Assembly: GCF_006345805.1 (NCBI RefSeq)
Contig: NW_021834484.1
Coordinates: 1 to 48,186, forward strand
DNA from: Octopus sinensis
Taxonomy: Eukaryota
Length of the DNA stretch: 48,186 nucleotides
Reading direction: 5' to 3'
Under the pieces are notes generated by a model. The model ran no database searches. It saw only the letters and a program-made list of their open reading frames with translations, and was not told the origin of the DNA. The position numbers and the translations under genes are program-made. Position 1 is the first letter of the stretch. Each line of letters opens with the position of its first letter. Positions 1-12,876 of the stretch are shown here, piece after piece.

Positions 1-279
1 AAATTTCATGAATTGTTTTCCTTAATTCTAGCAGAATTTTTTTTGAAATTTCTGTAGAATGCTCGGAATATATAGGAAATTTTTTAAACAATTTATACTA
101 CATTTACAGTTGTAAAATATTTTCCAGCTGCTGGCAAACCCACAATAAAATGAAAAACTTGTTTCTTTGTTAAATCAAATAAAAGTGTTTCAATAAAATC
201 GTTGGCTTTTTCTTTATAACTTCTTTTCAGATCTATTTAAAGTTCGGTCTCCGTGAAGATTGAATTAAATTTCTACCTA

Positions 280-563
280 TATACATACACATACACATGC
301 ATACGCATATACACACATACACCCATACACACACATATTTTAACATGTATGTGTGTGTGTGTGTGCGTGTGTAAATATAGACTTACGTATCTATACGAAT
401 ATGTACACTCACACGCGCATCAATATACATATGTACACACATGTACTTAGAATTTTGTACATACACACGCGCATGCGCGCATACTCACACAAACAAACAC
501 ATACACACACAGACATTCTCTCTCTCACGCACGCACACTCATACACTCACACACACACACACA

Positions 564-633
<70 letters not shown>

Positions 634-665
634 TGCACACATACACAAAGTATACGCGTGTGAGT
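280..665. repeat. Compound (CA)n/(CT)n microsatellite region
   Basis: Direct reading of CA and CT dinucleotide runs; overlapping ORFs are HT/SL/CV low-complexity translations. Confidence 0.95.
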
Positions 666-1624
666 ATATTGTGTACTTAATAGCTGAAGATCTGTTAAGA
701 AGAAATTTTACATTTTGTTGAACATTACGCTCATCTACTCCTCTCATCTTCTTTTCACTTCAATCTTGCCTTCTCTTTTTTCTTTCCTTCCTTTCCTCTG
801 CCTTATTTTTTGCTCTGGTTCTTCAGTTAAAATAAAGAAGAAACAACTAAGAAGTACCAATAATAACAATAATAATAATAATTATAAAAGAACAAAAAGA
901 CAGTAAGAAGAAACCTATATATTTTTCTAGTTATACACAAATAACATTTTTTTCAAATTCTCACCTTTTCTTTTCTGAGTTGTGAATTGTATTTTAATAT
1001 CTATGTCTATTTTTTTTTTGTATTATGTGTATGTGTGTGTGCGTGTATGTGTGTTTGTGTGTGTGTGGTGTGTGTGTGGGTGTGTGTGTGTGTTGTGTGT
1101 GTGTGTGGTGTGTGTGTGTGTGTGTGTTGTGTGTGTACACATATGAATAGAGGCATTTTGTATGTATTATGTATTCGCACACCATAATTTTAAAAACACC
1201 GTTATCACATTTAAAGTCGGTATTTGTACTGGTTTGAGTTGTATTGAAGTGAAAACGGTTCATTTCGAATGTATTAAAGAGCACGCTTCTTCCTGCAAAC
1301 CGTGAGTTTTAAAATCGAATGAATCGCGTGAACTGATATATAACCCATTTTACATTTCAACCGTCTTAGAAAGTTTACACGGTTTGTTGTTGTTCTTCTT
1401 CTTATTATTGATGGTGGTGGTGCGAGCAATGTTCTCGTTGCGATATCCCTATTACTATGATTTTTATTGCATTAATTATTGTTGTTGATTTGTTAGTATT
1501 TTTATGCATGTCAGATAAAGTTTATTACACAGTCGTGAGGAACAGCTTTTACCAAACGTGTTTTCTAAAACAAGAAGACACAAATAAACACATGCGCGCA
1601 CCACACACACACACATACACACAG

Positions 1625-1667
<43 letters not shown>

Positions 1668-2114
1668 CATACACACGCCCCCATGTGCATTCAAACACGC
1701 CTCACACACAATATTGCTTAGCTGACCGTCGCAATGTCCTGTCACTTCAATCATGTTAATGCGAACCGAAATATTAACAATCTAAACTGACCACTGGGGA
1801 TCGATCCTTGTACTTTCAGCAAAACCGGATAAAAATATCGACTTAGAATGTTACATATTTTTTTTTTTTTTCAAAAAAAAGTGTAACTGCAAATAAGGGG
1901 TGTGGGTGGGGGTGGATGCATAACGAAAGCAGGAAGGCAAAAGACAAGAACGATGACGTGCAAACAGGCAAGCACGCACACAAACGTGCTTGCACGCGCA
2001 CACGCGCTCAACTACAATACAGAGAGATACACGCAGACAAACACACACAACACACGCTCACAACATAAGTATATATACACTTCATGTAGGTTCATATTTC
2101 ACAGTTGATAAGTG

Positions 2115-2204
2115 ATTACATATATATATTATATATCTAAATATATATATATTATATATATATATATATAATATATTATATATAATATATATATACATAT
2201 ATAC

Positions 2205-2249
<45 letters not shown>

Positions 2250-2320
2250 CATAATATATATATATTATATATATAGGTATATATATAATAATTGGAGTAA
2301 TATATATATATATATATAAT
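2115..2320. repeat. Imperfect (TA)n microsatellite
   Basis: Direct reading. Similar TA/CA tracts recur at about 2640-2870, 2990-3340 and 3590-3670. Confidence 0.95.
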
Positions 2321-2722
2321 CTATGTATTATGTATGTATGGTAAATTCATATCAGTTATATTTCGAATACGTGAAAAACAACAAACATGTAAATGCGTTT
2401 AAACACACAAAGACGTACGCGCATGGGCAACCAACTCACATAAACATCACGCATTCACGACACATTCACGCACAGACACCTCACACACACCAGACACACA
2501 CACATCGAATTTATTCGACTTAAGGCCAGCCGCATTCTTCGTCCAACCAAACTGAATCTCACTTACTCTCTTCGTGTTTCCCACACATCGTTTACTGTTA
2601 CACTACACACCCCGCCCTCCTCTCTCTCTCTTTCTCTATGTTTATATACATACATATATAATATATATATATATTATATATATATATATAATTATATCTA
2701 TATATAAATAGATATATATATA

Positions 2723-2773
<51 letters not shown>

Positions 2774-3190
2774 ATATCTTACATATATATGTGTGTATAT
2801 CATATATATATGTATATATATATACATATATTCACATATATATATATATGTATATGGTGTGTGTGTGCGTGTTTGTGTGTGCACCAAACCCTTTTTGTTC
2901 GTTTTTCAAAGCTTTTTCACTAGACATCATTTCAATCAATCCTTCTCGCACGCTTTCGTGGGAAATATTTTGCGTTAATAACACATAAGTGATTGTGTGT
3001 GCGCGCGTACACACACACACACACAGACACATGCGCACACATACACACATGCAGACACATATGCATACACGTACACAAGTGTGCATGCATATGTATACAC
3101 GTTTGTATATATTTTGTGTGTATATATATGTATGTATATTTATTTATATAGTATGTATATCTATTTATTTATACAAATACATATACATTA

Positions 3191-3226
<36 letters not shown>

Positions 3227-3689
3227 AGAGAGAGAAAGAGAGAGGTGAAAGAAAGAGAGATAGAAAGAGATACACACACATATTGAATCAGATTACTATA
3301 TGAGTGTGCATGCGCGTGTATGAGAGTGTGCACAAATTCACTCTCTCTCATAAACACATTTTTGACTGGATTTAAAAACTTTTCGAAATCAATACATATG
3401 AAACTGATATTTTTACTCGCATGCTACATAAGCACACAGATAGATAAACAAAAAAGTTTGAAGCAAACTTATCTTAATACAAATTCTAATATATTTCTCA
3501 TTCCGGGTAACGTTCTACTTTCTTTTTAGCTAAATAGTTTACACAATAGACAAACGTAAATATTTACATGTCTATATATACACATATATGCATAAACGCA
3601 TATATATATATATATGTATATAATATATATATATTATATATATATATATATATATAATATATATATATATGTAATAACTCCCCCCAAAA

Positions 3690-3853
3690 TGAAGAACAAT
3701 CACAAAAATAACAACAACGCGAGGACTTGGTACAGTATTAGAAAAGGAAAGAAAGGTAGTTTTACGTTTCGAGCAAAAGTCTTCGTTAGAGCAAGAGACG
3801 GAGGAAAGTCAAAGAGAAAAGGAAGACGATCCCCATGACGTGGTTACACTTTG

Positions 3854-3855
<2 letters not shown>
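3690..3855 (-). mobile_element. Short remnant with degenerate hammerhead-like motif (Penelope-like terminus)
   Basis: Minus strand ~3790-3760 reads CTAACGAAGAC-TTTT-GCTC-GAAACGTAAAA, a decayed CTGANGA(A)-stemII-GAAAC. The same GCTCGAAACGTAAAA motif occurs on the plus strand near 10105. Flanked by TA-rich tracts. Confidence 0.4.
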
Positions 3856-3900
<45 letters not shown>

Positions 3901-3990
3901 TGTATGTATGTATGTATGTATGTATGTATGTATGTATGTATGTATGTGTGTGTGTGTGTGTGTACATATATATATACATGTATATATATA
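3855..3990. repeat. (TA)n/(TATG)n/(TG)n compound microsatellite
   Basis: Direct reading. Confidence 0.95.
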
Positions 3991-5360
3991 TGAATACATG
4001 TGTGTTGTGTAGCATTTTATGTATATATGCATGAAAATATGTTTGTATGTATATATGTAAATATACGTGAGAAAGCTAATACGAGCGCTTGTAAAGTTTT
4101 CAACGTTTCAGAATAATAGACTCTTTGTTTGAATCTTCAAGGTAGCACCTTGAGCAAACCACAGACCAAACAAAATATTCTAAATGTAATTTGATTGAGA
4201 GAACCTGTGCAGAATCTAGTCATATGATATCAGATATGTTTGTATATATATCTTTACATACAGAAATAGAGAGAGAGAATGAGAGAGAAAGGATAGAAAG
4301 AGAGAGGGAGAGAGAAAGGGAGAGAGAATGAATTACAGGAAATGTATCCCTAATTATACGTTTTATAAAACGTAAGCATGTTTCAGCAATCTGTATGCCG
4401 TTATTACACAGGCTTTATTATACAATTATACACAGTTGAGTCACTTTGCCAGCATAATTGGCAAAAATATAATACAAAGTTGCAGAACTGTACTATATTT
4501 TATACACACATACTACGCGCGCACACAACATGTGCACACACAACACGCGCACACACATATGTTCTAATGTAAATAACAGCAGTAATCCACCGTGATCAAA
4601 TTATCAGGATGATATCATAAACCTTAGCACGCCCGTAAACAGCAACCCTAACCTATGCAATCGAGTAAAGAAACTCTGTAATTGTAGAAATAAATCTTTG
4701 TGTCAGTGGAATAATTGTTGCCTTAGTAAGAATGATCCGTATATTCACTTGGCAATGTCTATGTATATATTGAGGGTACCTCAAGTTAGTTTAGATGTGA
4801 ATTTCATAACCACCTTTGCAGTTTTAGGAATAAAAGCAAATCTAATATTACATCTTTAGCTAGTTTTCTGTGAATGCTTACTGACAAAGGTGCTCAGTAT
4901 GAAATTGCTTGGTCCAGCGAATGTAAAGCACAATTTTATCAAGTTCGTAATGATAGTTGTAATTAATGCTTATCTGAAACTTATGAAATATTTACGTGTG
5001 AATGAAATCTCCTTAACCAACGATGATGACACATAATGCGATGTCTACACATGTACCTTCCTACACAATAATAAAAGTTTATACGTTAGCTTTTACCTAA
5101 ATGCACGGTTATGGCTACCATTCTAGCAACCTCTGAAGGGCTGCACACTCTAATTAATATAACTTCCTTCTTTCCATGTTTCTATATTTCTGCCTTATTC
5201 TACTTAATCTAGTTAGTCTTATTGCAGTCCAGCTGGGCTGATTTTCAGTTGCAGTTTAGCCAAACCACATTGAGATATAAACGATAAATATGGCTACAGT
5301 CAAATGACTGAAACAAGTAAAAAAGTAAAAAAGTAAAAGAGAGCTAATTAAGTCTATTGA

Positions 5361-5585
5361 TCATAGACTTAATTAGCTCTCTTTTACTTTTTTACTTTTT
5401 TACTTGTTTCAGTCCATTGACGTGGCCATGCTGGAGCACCGCCTTTAGTCGAGCAAATCGACCTCAGGACTTATTCTTTGTAAGCTTAGTACTTATTCTA
5501 TCGGTATCTTTTGCCGAACCGCTAAGTTACGGGGACGTAAACACACCAGCATCGGTTGTCAAGCAATGCTAGGGGACAAACACAG

Positions 5586-5621
<36 letters not shown>

Positions 5622-5822
5622 TATATATATATATATGGAACGGGCTTCTTTCAGTTTCCGTCTACCAAATCCACTCACAAGGCTATGCAAAAACCCCAGG
5701 ACTTATTCTTTGTAAGCTTAGTACTTATTCTATCGGTCTCTTTTGCCAAACCGCTAAGTTACAGGACCGTAAACACACTAGCATCGGCTGTCAAGCGATA
5801 TTGGGTCGACAAACACAGACAC
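5361..5822 (-). mobile_element. tRNA-derived SINE (OR2-like octopus family), head missing, body segment duplicated
   Basis: Minus strand contains GTGAGTGGATTTGGTAGACGGAAACTGAAAGAAGCCCG, an internal TA/TG tract, the body TAACTTAGCGGTTCGGCAAAAG..CCGATAGAATAAGTAC and the tail GGTGCTCCAGCATGGCC..ACTGAAACAAGTAAAA. The same modules occur at 23.9-24.3, 30.3, 32.3 and 33.3 kb. Confidence 0.85.
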
Positions 5823-5824
5823 AA

Positions 5825-5917
5825 AAACATTACATACATACATACATATATACATACATAAACATACATACATACATACATATACATAATACATACATAC
5901 ATACATACATACATACA

Positions 5918-5949
<32 letters not shown>

Positions 5950-5975
5950 CCATACATACATACATACATACATAC
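5825..5975. repeat. (CATA)n microsatellite
   Basis: Direct reading. Confidence 0.95.
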
Positions 5976-6261
5976 ACGCACTCCTACTCTTGTAAAATTT
6001 ATCTTAACTCTTGCGGTTGATATTGTGTAAGCCTTATAAAGTATGAATTACTTTGTGTGTGAATATCATCTGTATATAATATATCGTCAGTATATATATG
6101 TGCACGAATGTATATGTGTCGATATAAATAATAATATTGATAGTTTTGGTCACTTAAGCTAGATAATAATCTGCTATTTAAGAAAATACTATCTTCATAT
6201 AAATATATTGTGCAAAGACTCTTGTATATATGTGCCAGCGGGTGTATATGAGTGTGTCTGT

Positions 6262-6318
<57 letters not shown>

Positions 6319-6954
6319 TGTGTGTGTGTGAGCTCGAGATGTATATGCGTGTATGTTGTTGCCGTTATCAGTGGTCTTAGAATAACGTCTCTCTGCTTCG
6401 AAATCAGCGATTCATGAAATTCCAACAGATTAGGCCAAGTTCTTTATTACTTTAGGCCAAGTTCTTTGCACGTACTTCTCCTGAAACAAATATATTGTAC
6501 TTAACAAACAAGCCCTCTTATTTCGATTTTTAAACCTTATTTTTTCTTCTTTTTATTATTTTTCTCAATACTTTACATTCTAAATATTTGCTTATTTAAT
6601 TATTAATCTTTTGGTCTTATTTTTCCTTTTATATCACATGGTTTATTCCTTTACATACTACGGGTTTGTCAATCAAATTTTTTTAAAGAACTAAATCGTT
6701 TTCAGGAAGCAAATATTTATGATAAACTCATCTTTATTATTTTACCTATCACATTTTGATTTTAATGTAATGTATTTATTAAATTCTTTCTCAAAATACG
6801 TAATAAACTACAGGTGTCACTACATTCAAGCAATCCGCGTATAGTAACCTGCAGAATGTGAATATATATTGCGACAATATACTCCGCGTAACGCAGTTAA
6901 TGTTTTAACGTGCCATGAAATGTTCTGAAGTGTAGCCTGTTAGTAAAGTAGTAA

Positions 6955-6969
6955 ATATATATATATATC

Positions 6970-7001
<32 letters not shown>

Positions 7002-7185
7002 TGTATGTATGTATGTATATTATGTATATATTTATGTGTGTGTGTGTGTGTGTGTGTGTGTGGTTGTGTGGTGTGTGTGGATACATATATACATCGTGCG
7101 ATGGGTAAATTCTCTCCATTTTACATTTTTTATATATATATATATTATATATATATCTATATATATATATATATATAATCCTTTA

Positions 7186-7217
<32 letters not shown>

Positions 7218-7350
7218 ATATATATATATTTTATATCTATATATATATCTATATAGTTTATATATATATATATTTATATTATATATATACATATATATTT
7301 ATTTATATATATAAATGTATGAATATACACCTATATATACATATAATATA
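6955..7350. repeat. Compound (TATG)n/(TG)n/(TA)n microsatellite
   Basis: Direct reading. Confidence 0.95.
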
Positions 7351-7760
7351 AGGTTAAAAGTAATTAATCAATTAATAATTAATAATTTTATCAAGTAGTT
7401 CGGTTTGTTAAAAGAACTATTATCGGTTAACTTAAACAAATTTTTTTTTTATTGAAATGAGTATAATTATAATTAGGGTTCAGCAAAAAAGTTGCTTCAC
7501 CACATAGCAAAATTTAGAAATAGCAGTTAGATCTAGCTATTTCTCTATCATAAGAAAAACTTCCAGACAACAATACTCAACAACCCACGTAGTTGTTATG
7601 AATTGTTATTCAGAATAATATGAGTGGTTTAGCATGCACAAAAAAATTCATTTATTGTATAAAATATCAATTAATAATTGATGGTACTATATATTATTAT
7701 TTAATTGAACGCCACGCATCCATTTCCAAATCAGTTTATATTCACCTCACCTTTTTCATG
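7345..7760 (-). mobile_element. AT-rich (TA)n-anchored repeat, distantly related to the 8646-9200 unit
   Basis: Shares short blocks with the 8.65 kb unit (TAGAAATAGCAG; AATT..T.A.CAAGT.GTTC.GT.TG) and has the same position directly after a TA tract. Confidence 0.35.
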
Positions 7761-7838
7761 CGACTCTACTGTATAGTTTTCTTCCTTCATCCTTCTCTAA
7801 TTCCCTTTTTTCCCCTCCCTCTTTTACCATTTTCTTAT

Positions 7839-8066
7839 TTGTTTATTGCCCACAAGGGGCTAAACACAGAGCGGACAAAAAAGAACAGACAAATAGACGA
7901 ATTCGATTACATCGACCCCAGTGCGTAACTGGTACTTAATTTATCAACCCCGAAATGATGAAAGGCAAAGTCGACCTCGGCAGAATTTGAAGTCAGAACG
8001 TAACAACAGACGAAACACCGCTAAGCATTTCGCCCGGCGTGCTAACTTTTCTGCCAGCTCGCCGCC
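7839..8066 (-). mobile_element. tRNA-derived SINE, second family, with candidate target-site duplication
   Basis: Reverse complement of the head GGCGGCGAGCTGGCAGAA..GTTAGCACGCCGGGCGAAATGCTTAGCGG and the core GTCGACTTTGCCTTTCATC.TTTCGGGG. Flanked by similar TTACCATTT(T)C(T/C)TAT at ~7824 and ~8067. Confidence 0.9.
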
Positions 8067-8079
8067 TTACCATTTCCTA

Positions 8080-8610
8080 TCTGTCTGTCTCTTTTACCAT
8101 TTTCTATCAGTCTCTCTCTCTCACCCTCTTTCTCTTTTTCTCGCTTACACGTTACCATCACCCATCTTTCTTATGATCATAGTGTCTTTCTTTTCTAGCA
8201 AGGACGTTCAAAGGACTAAACGTTCTCCTCTCCAATCTTTTCTCCTTTCAAAGAAAATATTTCTCCCAGTGTTCCCTATTTACCTCTCGTTCTACTCTAA
8301 CGACCCTTCAAGCTTGTTTTCGTTCGATTTCCTTCTACGCCTCCACTGTCCTATTTTTGTTCCCAACTTTGAACCGCCATTAATCCTAAATTTTATTTTA
8401 GAATTTATGGGAACAACTGTCTTCGAAGACTCATATTGTCGTTGAATTCTCGAAACGAGGAGTAGATAGACAGCCTACAACTGATGAAGAGTCGTTTCTC
8501 TGTTTACTTGTCCAGTCTTCCATTTTTTTCTCTCGTTGTTTACGTATTTCACTCGTTTGTTTACGTATTTTATGTTGTTTACACAGTTTTTGACGTCCTG
8601 TATCCATATA

Positions 8611-8620
<10 letters not shown>
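8080..8620 (+). mobile_element. Pyrimidine-rich interspersed repeat ending at (TA)n, with hammerhead half-motifs
   Basis: Contains TTCTCGAAAC (~8446) and CAACTGATGAAGAG (~8478). Its 3' part (CCTAAATTTTATTT..., CAACTGA..., GTTTCTCTGT) aligns by eye with 10600-11255. Confidence 0.5.
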
Positions 8621-8647
<27 letters not shown>

Positions 8648-8924
8648 CAACAATTGAGGGTAAATAATTAATTAATCAATTTCACCAAGTGTTCAGTATG
8701 CAAAGGGACCATTTAAGGCGAATTCAAATTATTACATTATATAAAAGGGCTTAGTAAAATAAATTACTTTGCCGCATACTGAACTCATTAGAAATAGCAG
8801 CTAAAAAAACATTATAAAACTATTTCTAATACTTAAAGAAAACCTCTCTCATATAGTGTTTGCTCAATTCAACTCACGGAAGTATGGGGGGTAGAGACAT
8901 TAAAAAATCAGATGCAAAGTTATT

Positions 8925-8977
8925 TGAGAACGTACGTTTCAAGATTAGTCAAACTCGACACTTCTATCATCAGCTCA
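8925..8977 (-). ncRNA. Minimal type-I hammerhead ribozyme-like motif, copy 1 (weak stem II)
   Basis: Minus strand: TGAG-CTGATGA-TAGAAGTGTCGAGTTTGACTAATCTT-GAAAC-GTAC-GTT-CTCA. Both core boxes are present, the helix-III loop is palindromic (GTAC) and stem I is TGAG/CTCA. Stem II is imperfect and the triplet is GUU. Confidence 0.5.
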
Positions 8978-9488
8978 GAACTCCCTGGTTTGGATTTGAA
9001 AACACTGAAAGTGGGAGCATACTCCTTCGGCCTCCTATCGCTTCTGAAGATCCGCTCGTAACTAACAGTGCCAACAAACTCAAATATGCAAGCGAAGAAT
9101 TCTGCTCTCCCCTTTCCACCAGCGTGGGTTAAAATCAGCAAACACTATGCTTTTTTCGGTAAAATCCGAGGCATTTAAATAGAGAGAGATGAATTATAAT
9201 TTCAAAAATTGAGGGTAAAATTAATTAATTAATCAATTTCACCAAGTGTTCAGTATGCAAAGGGACCATTTAGGCGAATTCAAATTATTACATTATATAA
9301 AAGGGCTTAGTAAAATAAATTACTTTGCCGCATACTGAACTCATTAGAAATAGCAGCTAAAAAACATTTATAAAACTATTTCTAATACTTAAAGAAAACC
9401 TCTCTCATATAGTGTTTGCTCAATTCAACTCACGGAAGTATGGTGGGGGGTAAGAGACTTAAAAAAAAAATCAGATGCAAAGGTTATT

Positions 9489-9541
9489 TGAGAACGTACG
9501 TTTCAAGTTTAGTCAAACTCGACACTTCTATCATCAGCTCA
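9489..9541 (-). ncRNA. Minimal type-I hammerhead ribozyme-like motif, copy 2
   Basis: Same motif in the second tandem unit, with one further change in stem II. Confidence 0.45.
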
Positions 9542-9904
9542 GAACTCCCGGTTTGGATTTGAAAACACTGAAAGTGGGAGCATACTCCTTCGGCCTCCTT
9601 TCGCTTCTGAGATCCGCTCGTAACTAACAGTGCCAACAAACTCAAATATGCCTCACATCTAACCCACCCTCTACCTACCCACAACCCCCACTATACCCCA
9701 ACCCCAGCCGAACCCACACCCACCTGTGCTTTCCCCACTCTCGCCTCCCCCACCTCCCACACCATCACACCACATTACACTGCACCATACAACATTGCAC
9801 ATCACATCACAACTCACCACCCACACACCCATCCCCACATCTCCACACCCACACATACATACACATCCAGACCACCAGCTCTCTTTCACACGCACATACA
9901 TACA

Positions 9905-10215
9905 CTCTTAAACACACACGCACCTTTGTGTTGGGGGCTCCTTCGTATTGGAGGTCATCTTGGCCTTGTTATCTCTCCTACTTCCCCTCTCCCGTCTGAC
10001 CATTCTGTCCGAAGTCAGACGCCATGATAGATCATTAGCTATTACACACATTTTTTTCTCTCCTTGTTTTTTCTCTGTGTATCTTTGTGTAGAAGAGCGC
10101 AGGCTCGAAACGTAAAATACTTTTCTTTCCTGAGCGCATACTACTAACATCTGTTTATATTTGTACACCCACCTGCTTCGTCTTTTGTTCATTTTCGTAA
10201 ACTTTCCCTTTATAC
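9905..10215 (+). mobile_element. Interspersed repeat with hammerhead-like hairpin (Penelope-like terminus remnant)
   Basis: GTAGAA-GAGC-GCAG-GCTC-GAAACGTAAAA at ~10089-10117: perfect 4-bp stem II plus GAAAC, but the 5' core box is decayed. Followed by (TA)n. Confidence 0.45.
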
Positions 10216-10294
10216 ATACATATATATATATATGAATGATTACTATTATTATATACACGTATGTATATATATATATATATTATATATACATGTA

Positions 10295-10341
<47 letters not shown>

Positions 10342-10599
10342 ATAATAATGCATATTCTATTTTATTTTTATTTTTTATTTTATCTAGTTTCAGCTCATGA
10401 GCTGTGGCCATGCTGGGGCACCGCCATTTGGTGTTGCTACATGATTTTACTTCACAGGATGCTTTTTAGCAACTGCCATTTGGTGCATGAGAGAGTTCGA
10501 TGCAGCGCTGCCCTCATCTGCACCTCCTGCCGTGAAGTTGGTTCATCTGGAATACCTGATATATATTTATGTATTATTTATATTATCATATGATCGAAT

Positions 10600-11255
10600 G
10601 CCACGCATCCTTTTCCAATTACTTTATCTTGATAATTACGATGCGCACTCTTCTATCTCTACAATCTCTTCTCTATCTCTCTCCCTCTCTTGTTCTTCAT
10701 CCTTTCTGCTTTTCTCTCCCACCCTTCCCTATTCTTCTCTTTGCCTCTTCCCCGTTCCCTCTCTCTCCCTCCTCCTCTTCGACTCTCTCGCCGCTGACAT
10801 GTGACGAAAGAGAATCTATCTCTCTGCTCATTACCCTCCTAAAGAAAAAACGTGCTTATACTGTCTCCTCTCATAAGCTCGACAGCCTAGCGTTCAGAAT
10901 TTCTCTATCGTCTTGGCTTAACAGCCCTCACCGTTTGTTTTTACTGTTTTGTTCTCATTGTCCTGTTCTTGTTACCACTTTCACCCTCCGCGAAAAATCC
11001 CAAATTTTATTTAACTTGCTTTGTGCGGAAGGACTGTTTCAATGAAGTCGCGTCTTGTCCTTACCTTCGAATCCGCGGAGTTGATGAAACGGGGACAACT
11101 GAAGACAGGAATATTCTTTATGTTGTATATGTCTCGTTTCTCTGTTTTTTTTTTTTTCATTGTTCCCCCAAAAGCTTGTTTCTATGTTTTGTTTTATATA
11201 TATTCATTACTCATTGTCTTGAACGGGTTTTGGATGTCTGTACCATATACACGTT
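10600..11255 (+). mobile_element. Pyrimidine-rich interspersed repeat related to 8080-8620, ending at (TA)n
   Basis: Shared blocks CCCAAATTTTATTT, GAAACG..., CAACTGAAGA and CTCGTTTCTCTGT. Confidence 0.45.
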
Positions 11256-11411
11256 ATATATATATATACATATATATGTAGGTATGTATATGTGTATATA
11301 TAATAATATATATATATATATATATGTATAATATAATATATATAATAATAATATAATACTAATAATATAATAATAATATTATAATTAGATAATAATAATA
11401 TAATAATAATA

Positions 11412-11451
<40 letters not shown>

Positions 11452-11462
11452 CATAATAATAA
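11255..11462. repeat. (TA)n grading into (AAT)n microsatellite; 5' flank of the Dong-like element
   Basis: Direct reading. Confidence 0.95.
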
Positions 11463-12315
11463 CCGGGGGATGTTTTAACGAGAACACCGGGGGGCGTTTA
11501 ACAGTGAGAACGATAAAACAGCGCTCCGAAATCTATCCACAACATCGGAAACAAAGACAATCGCATGGAGCCAAAAGATAAATGACAAAGGGTTGGACTA
11601 TATCCGAGTAAGTAATACTCATTGAAATTTATTACTATTTTCCAAACGAAACTATGTATTTTAACTGGATATCACCTCCACAGCACATGTAAACATGCTT
11701 GATACATTACGATCTATCAACACCAGATCATCTCTAGTCCCAAACACCATGTACAAAAAACTACGAATAAATTAAATAATACCAAAAAAAAAGGAGTATC
11801 AAAACAACAAACTCAGCATCTGAGCAACTTTGGACCCCCATAGCAACTGAAGAGGTCACCCAGGTACTGCAAAGTCTAAGCAACTGGAAGGCACCTGGGC
11901 ATGACAAGATCCCCGACTTCTGGTGGAAATATCTGACAGTAATGAACAAAAAGCTGGCTGAAAACTTTAAAAACATACTGGCAGAGCCAGAGACAATGCC
12001 TGAATGGCTCACGAAGGGGAAAACCATCTTAATTCCCAAATCCAATGAGACAGGAAAACCAGAAAACTACAGACCAATAATCTGTCTCCCTACAATGTAC
12101 AAAGCATTTACTGCAGTGATATCGCAAAGGTTGAACAAGCACCTGGACGAAAACAACCTGTTCCAGAAGAGCAGAAAGGATGCCGCAAAGGCTCATATGG
12201 CTGTAAAGATCAACTAATGATCAATAAAGCCATAACTGAAGACAGCCACAGAAAAGAAGAAGGCCTCAGTATGGCTGGATCGACTACCGAAAAGCGCTGA
12301 TAGCATTCCCAACAC

Positions 12316-12876
12316 GTGATCCTCGAAACACTAGCCATTAACAAGGTAGCACCAACAATTATAAAATACATAGGACACTCTATGAATAAATGGCAGACAG
12401 TGCTACAGCTCCAAATAAAAGAGCGAGTCGTGAAAACCAAAGCCATCCCCATTAGAAGAGGAATATTCCAGGGAGATACGCTCTCTCCACTCCTTTTCTG
12501 CTTGGCACTGTCACCTCTATCTGATGTGCTAAATAGAACTGGATGCGGATATAAATGTTACGGCAAAACGATCAGCCACCTTTTATATATGGATGACCTA
12601 AAACTATACGCTACAAATGACAAACAGCTGGAAACACTACTAAAGACAGTTCATGGATTCACGAAAGAAATATATATGAAATTTGGATTAGAAAAATGCG
12701 CCAAAGTAACCCTGAAAAGAGGAAAACTAGTTAAGAGTAGCAACATCACACTAGATAAAACCAATGAAATAAGAGAATTAGACCAAAGCCAAACTTACAA
12801 ATATTTAGGAATCCAAGAACTAGATAAGACACAACACATACAAATGAAAGAGAAAATAAAAGAAAGAATACTATAG
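12316..12876 (+). pseudogene. Longest open fragment of the Dong-like reverse transcriptase
   Basis: ORF track translation contains the QGDTLSP and YMDD motifs; frameshifts at both ends. Confidence 0.9.

Larger units (their letters stand above)
8646..9650 (-). repeat. Tandem duplication of a ~555-bp unit (second copy truncated at ~9650)
   Basis: TTCAA.AATTGAGGGTAAA at 8646 and 9201. The copies are colinear to AACAAACTCAAATATGC and differ mostly by small indels. Confidence 0.95.

Noticed and set aside
6430-6467. 16-bp direct repeat TTAGGCCAAGTTCTTT x2
   Set aside because: Trivial local duplication with no associated structure.
253-7314. Many ORFs of 60-120 aa rich in HT, CV, YI and MYVC repeats (the same pattern recurs throughout the window)
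   Set aside because: They are translations of di- and tetranucleotide microsatellites, with no domain content.
8520-8590. Three TGTTTAC forkhead-type sites
   Set aside because: They arise from short tandem slippage within a repeat remnant; no independent regulatory evidence.
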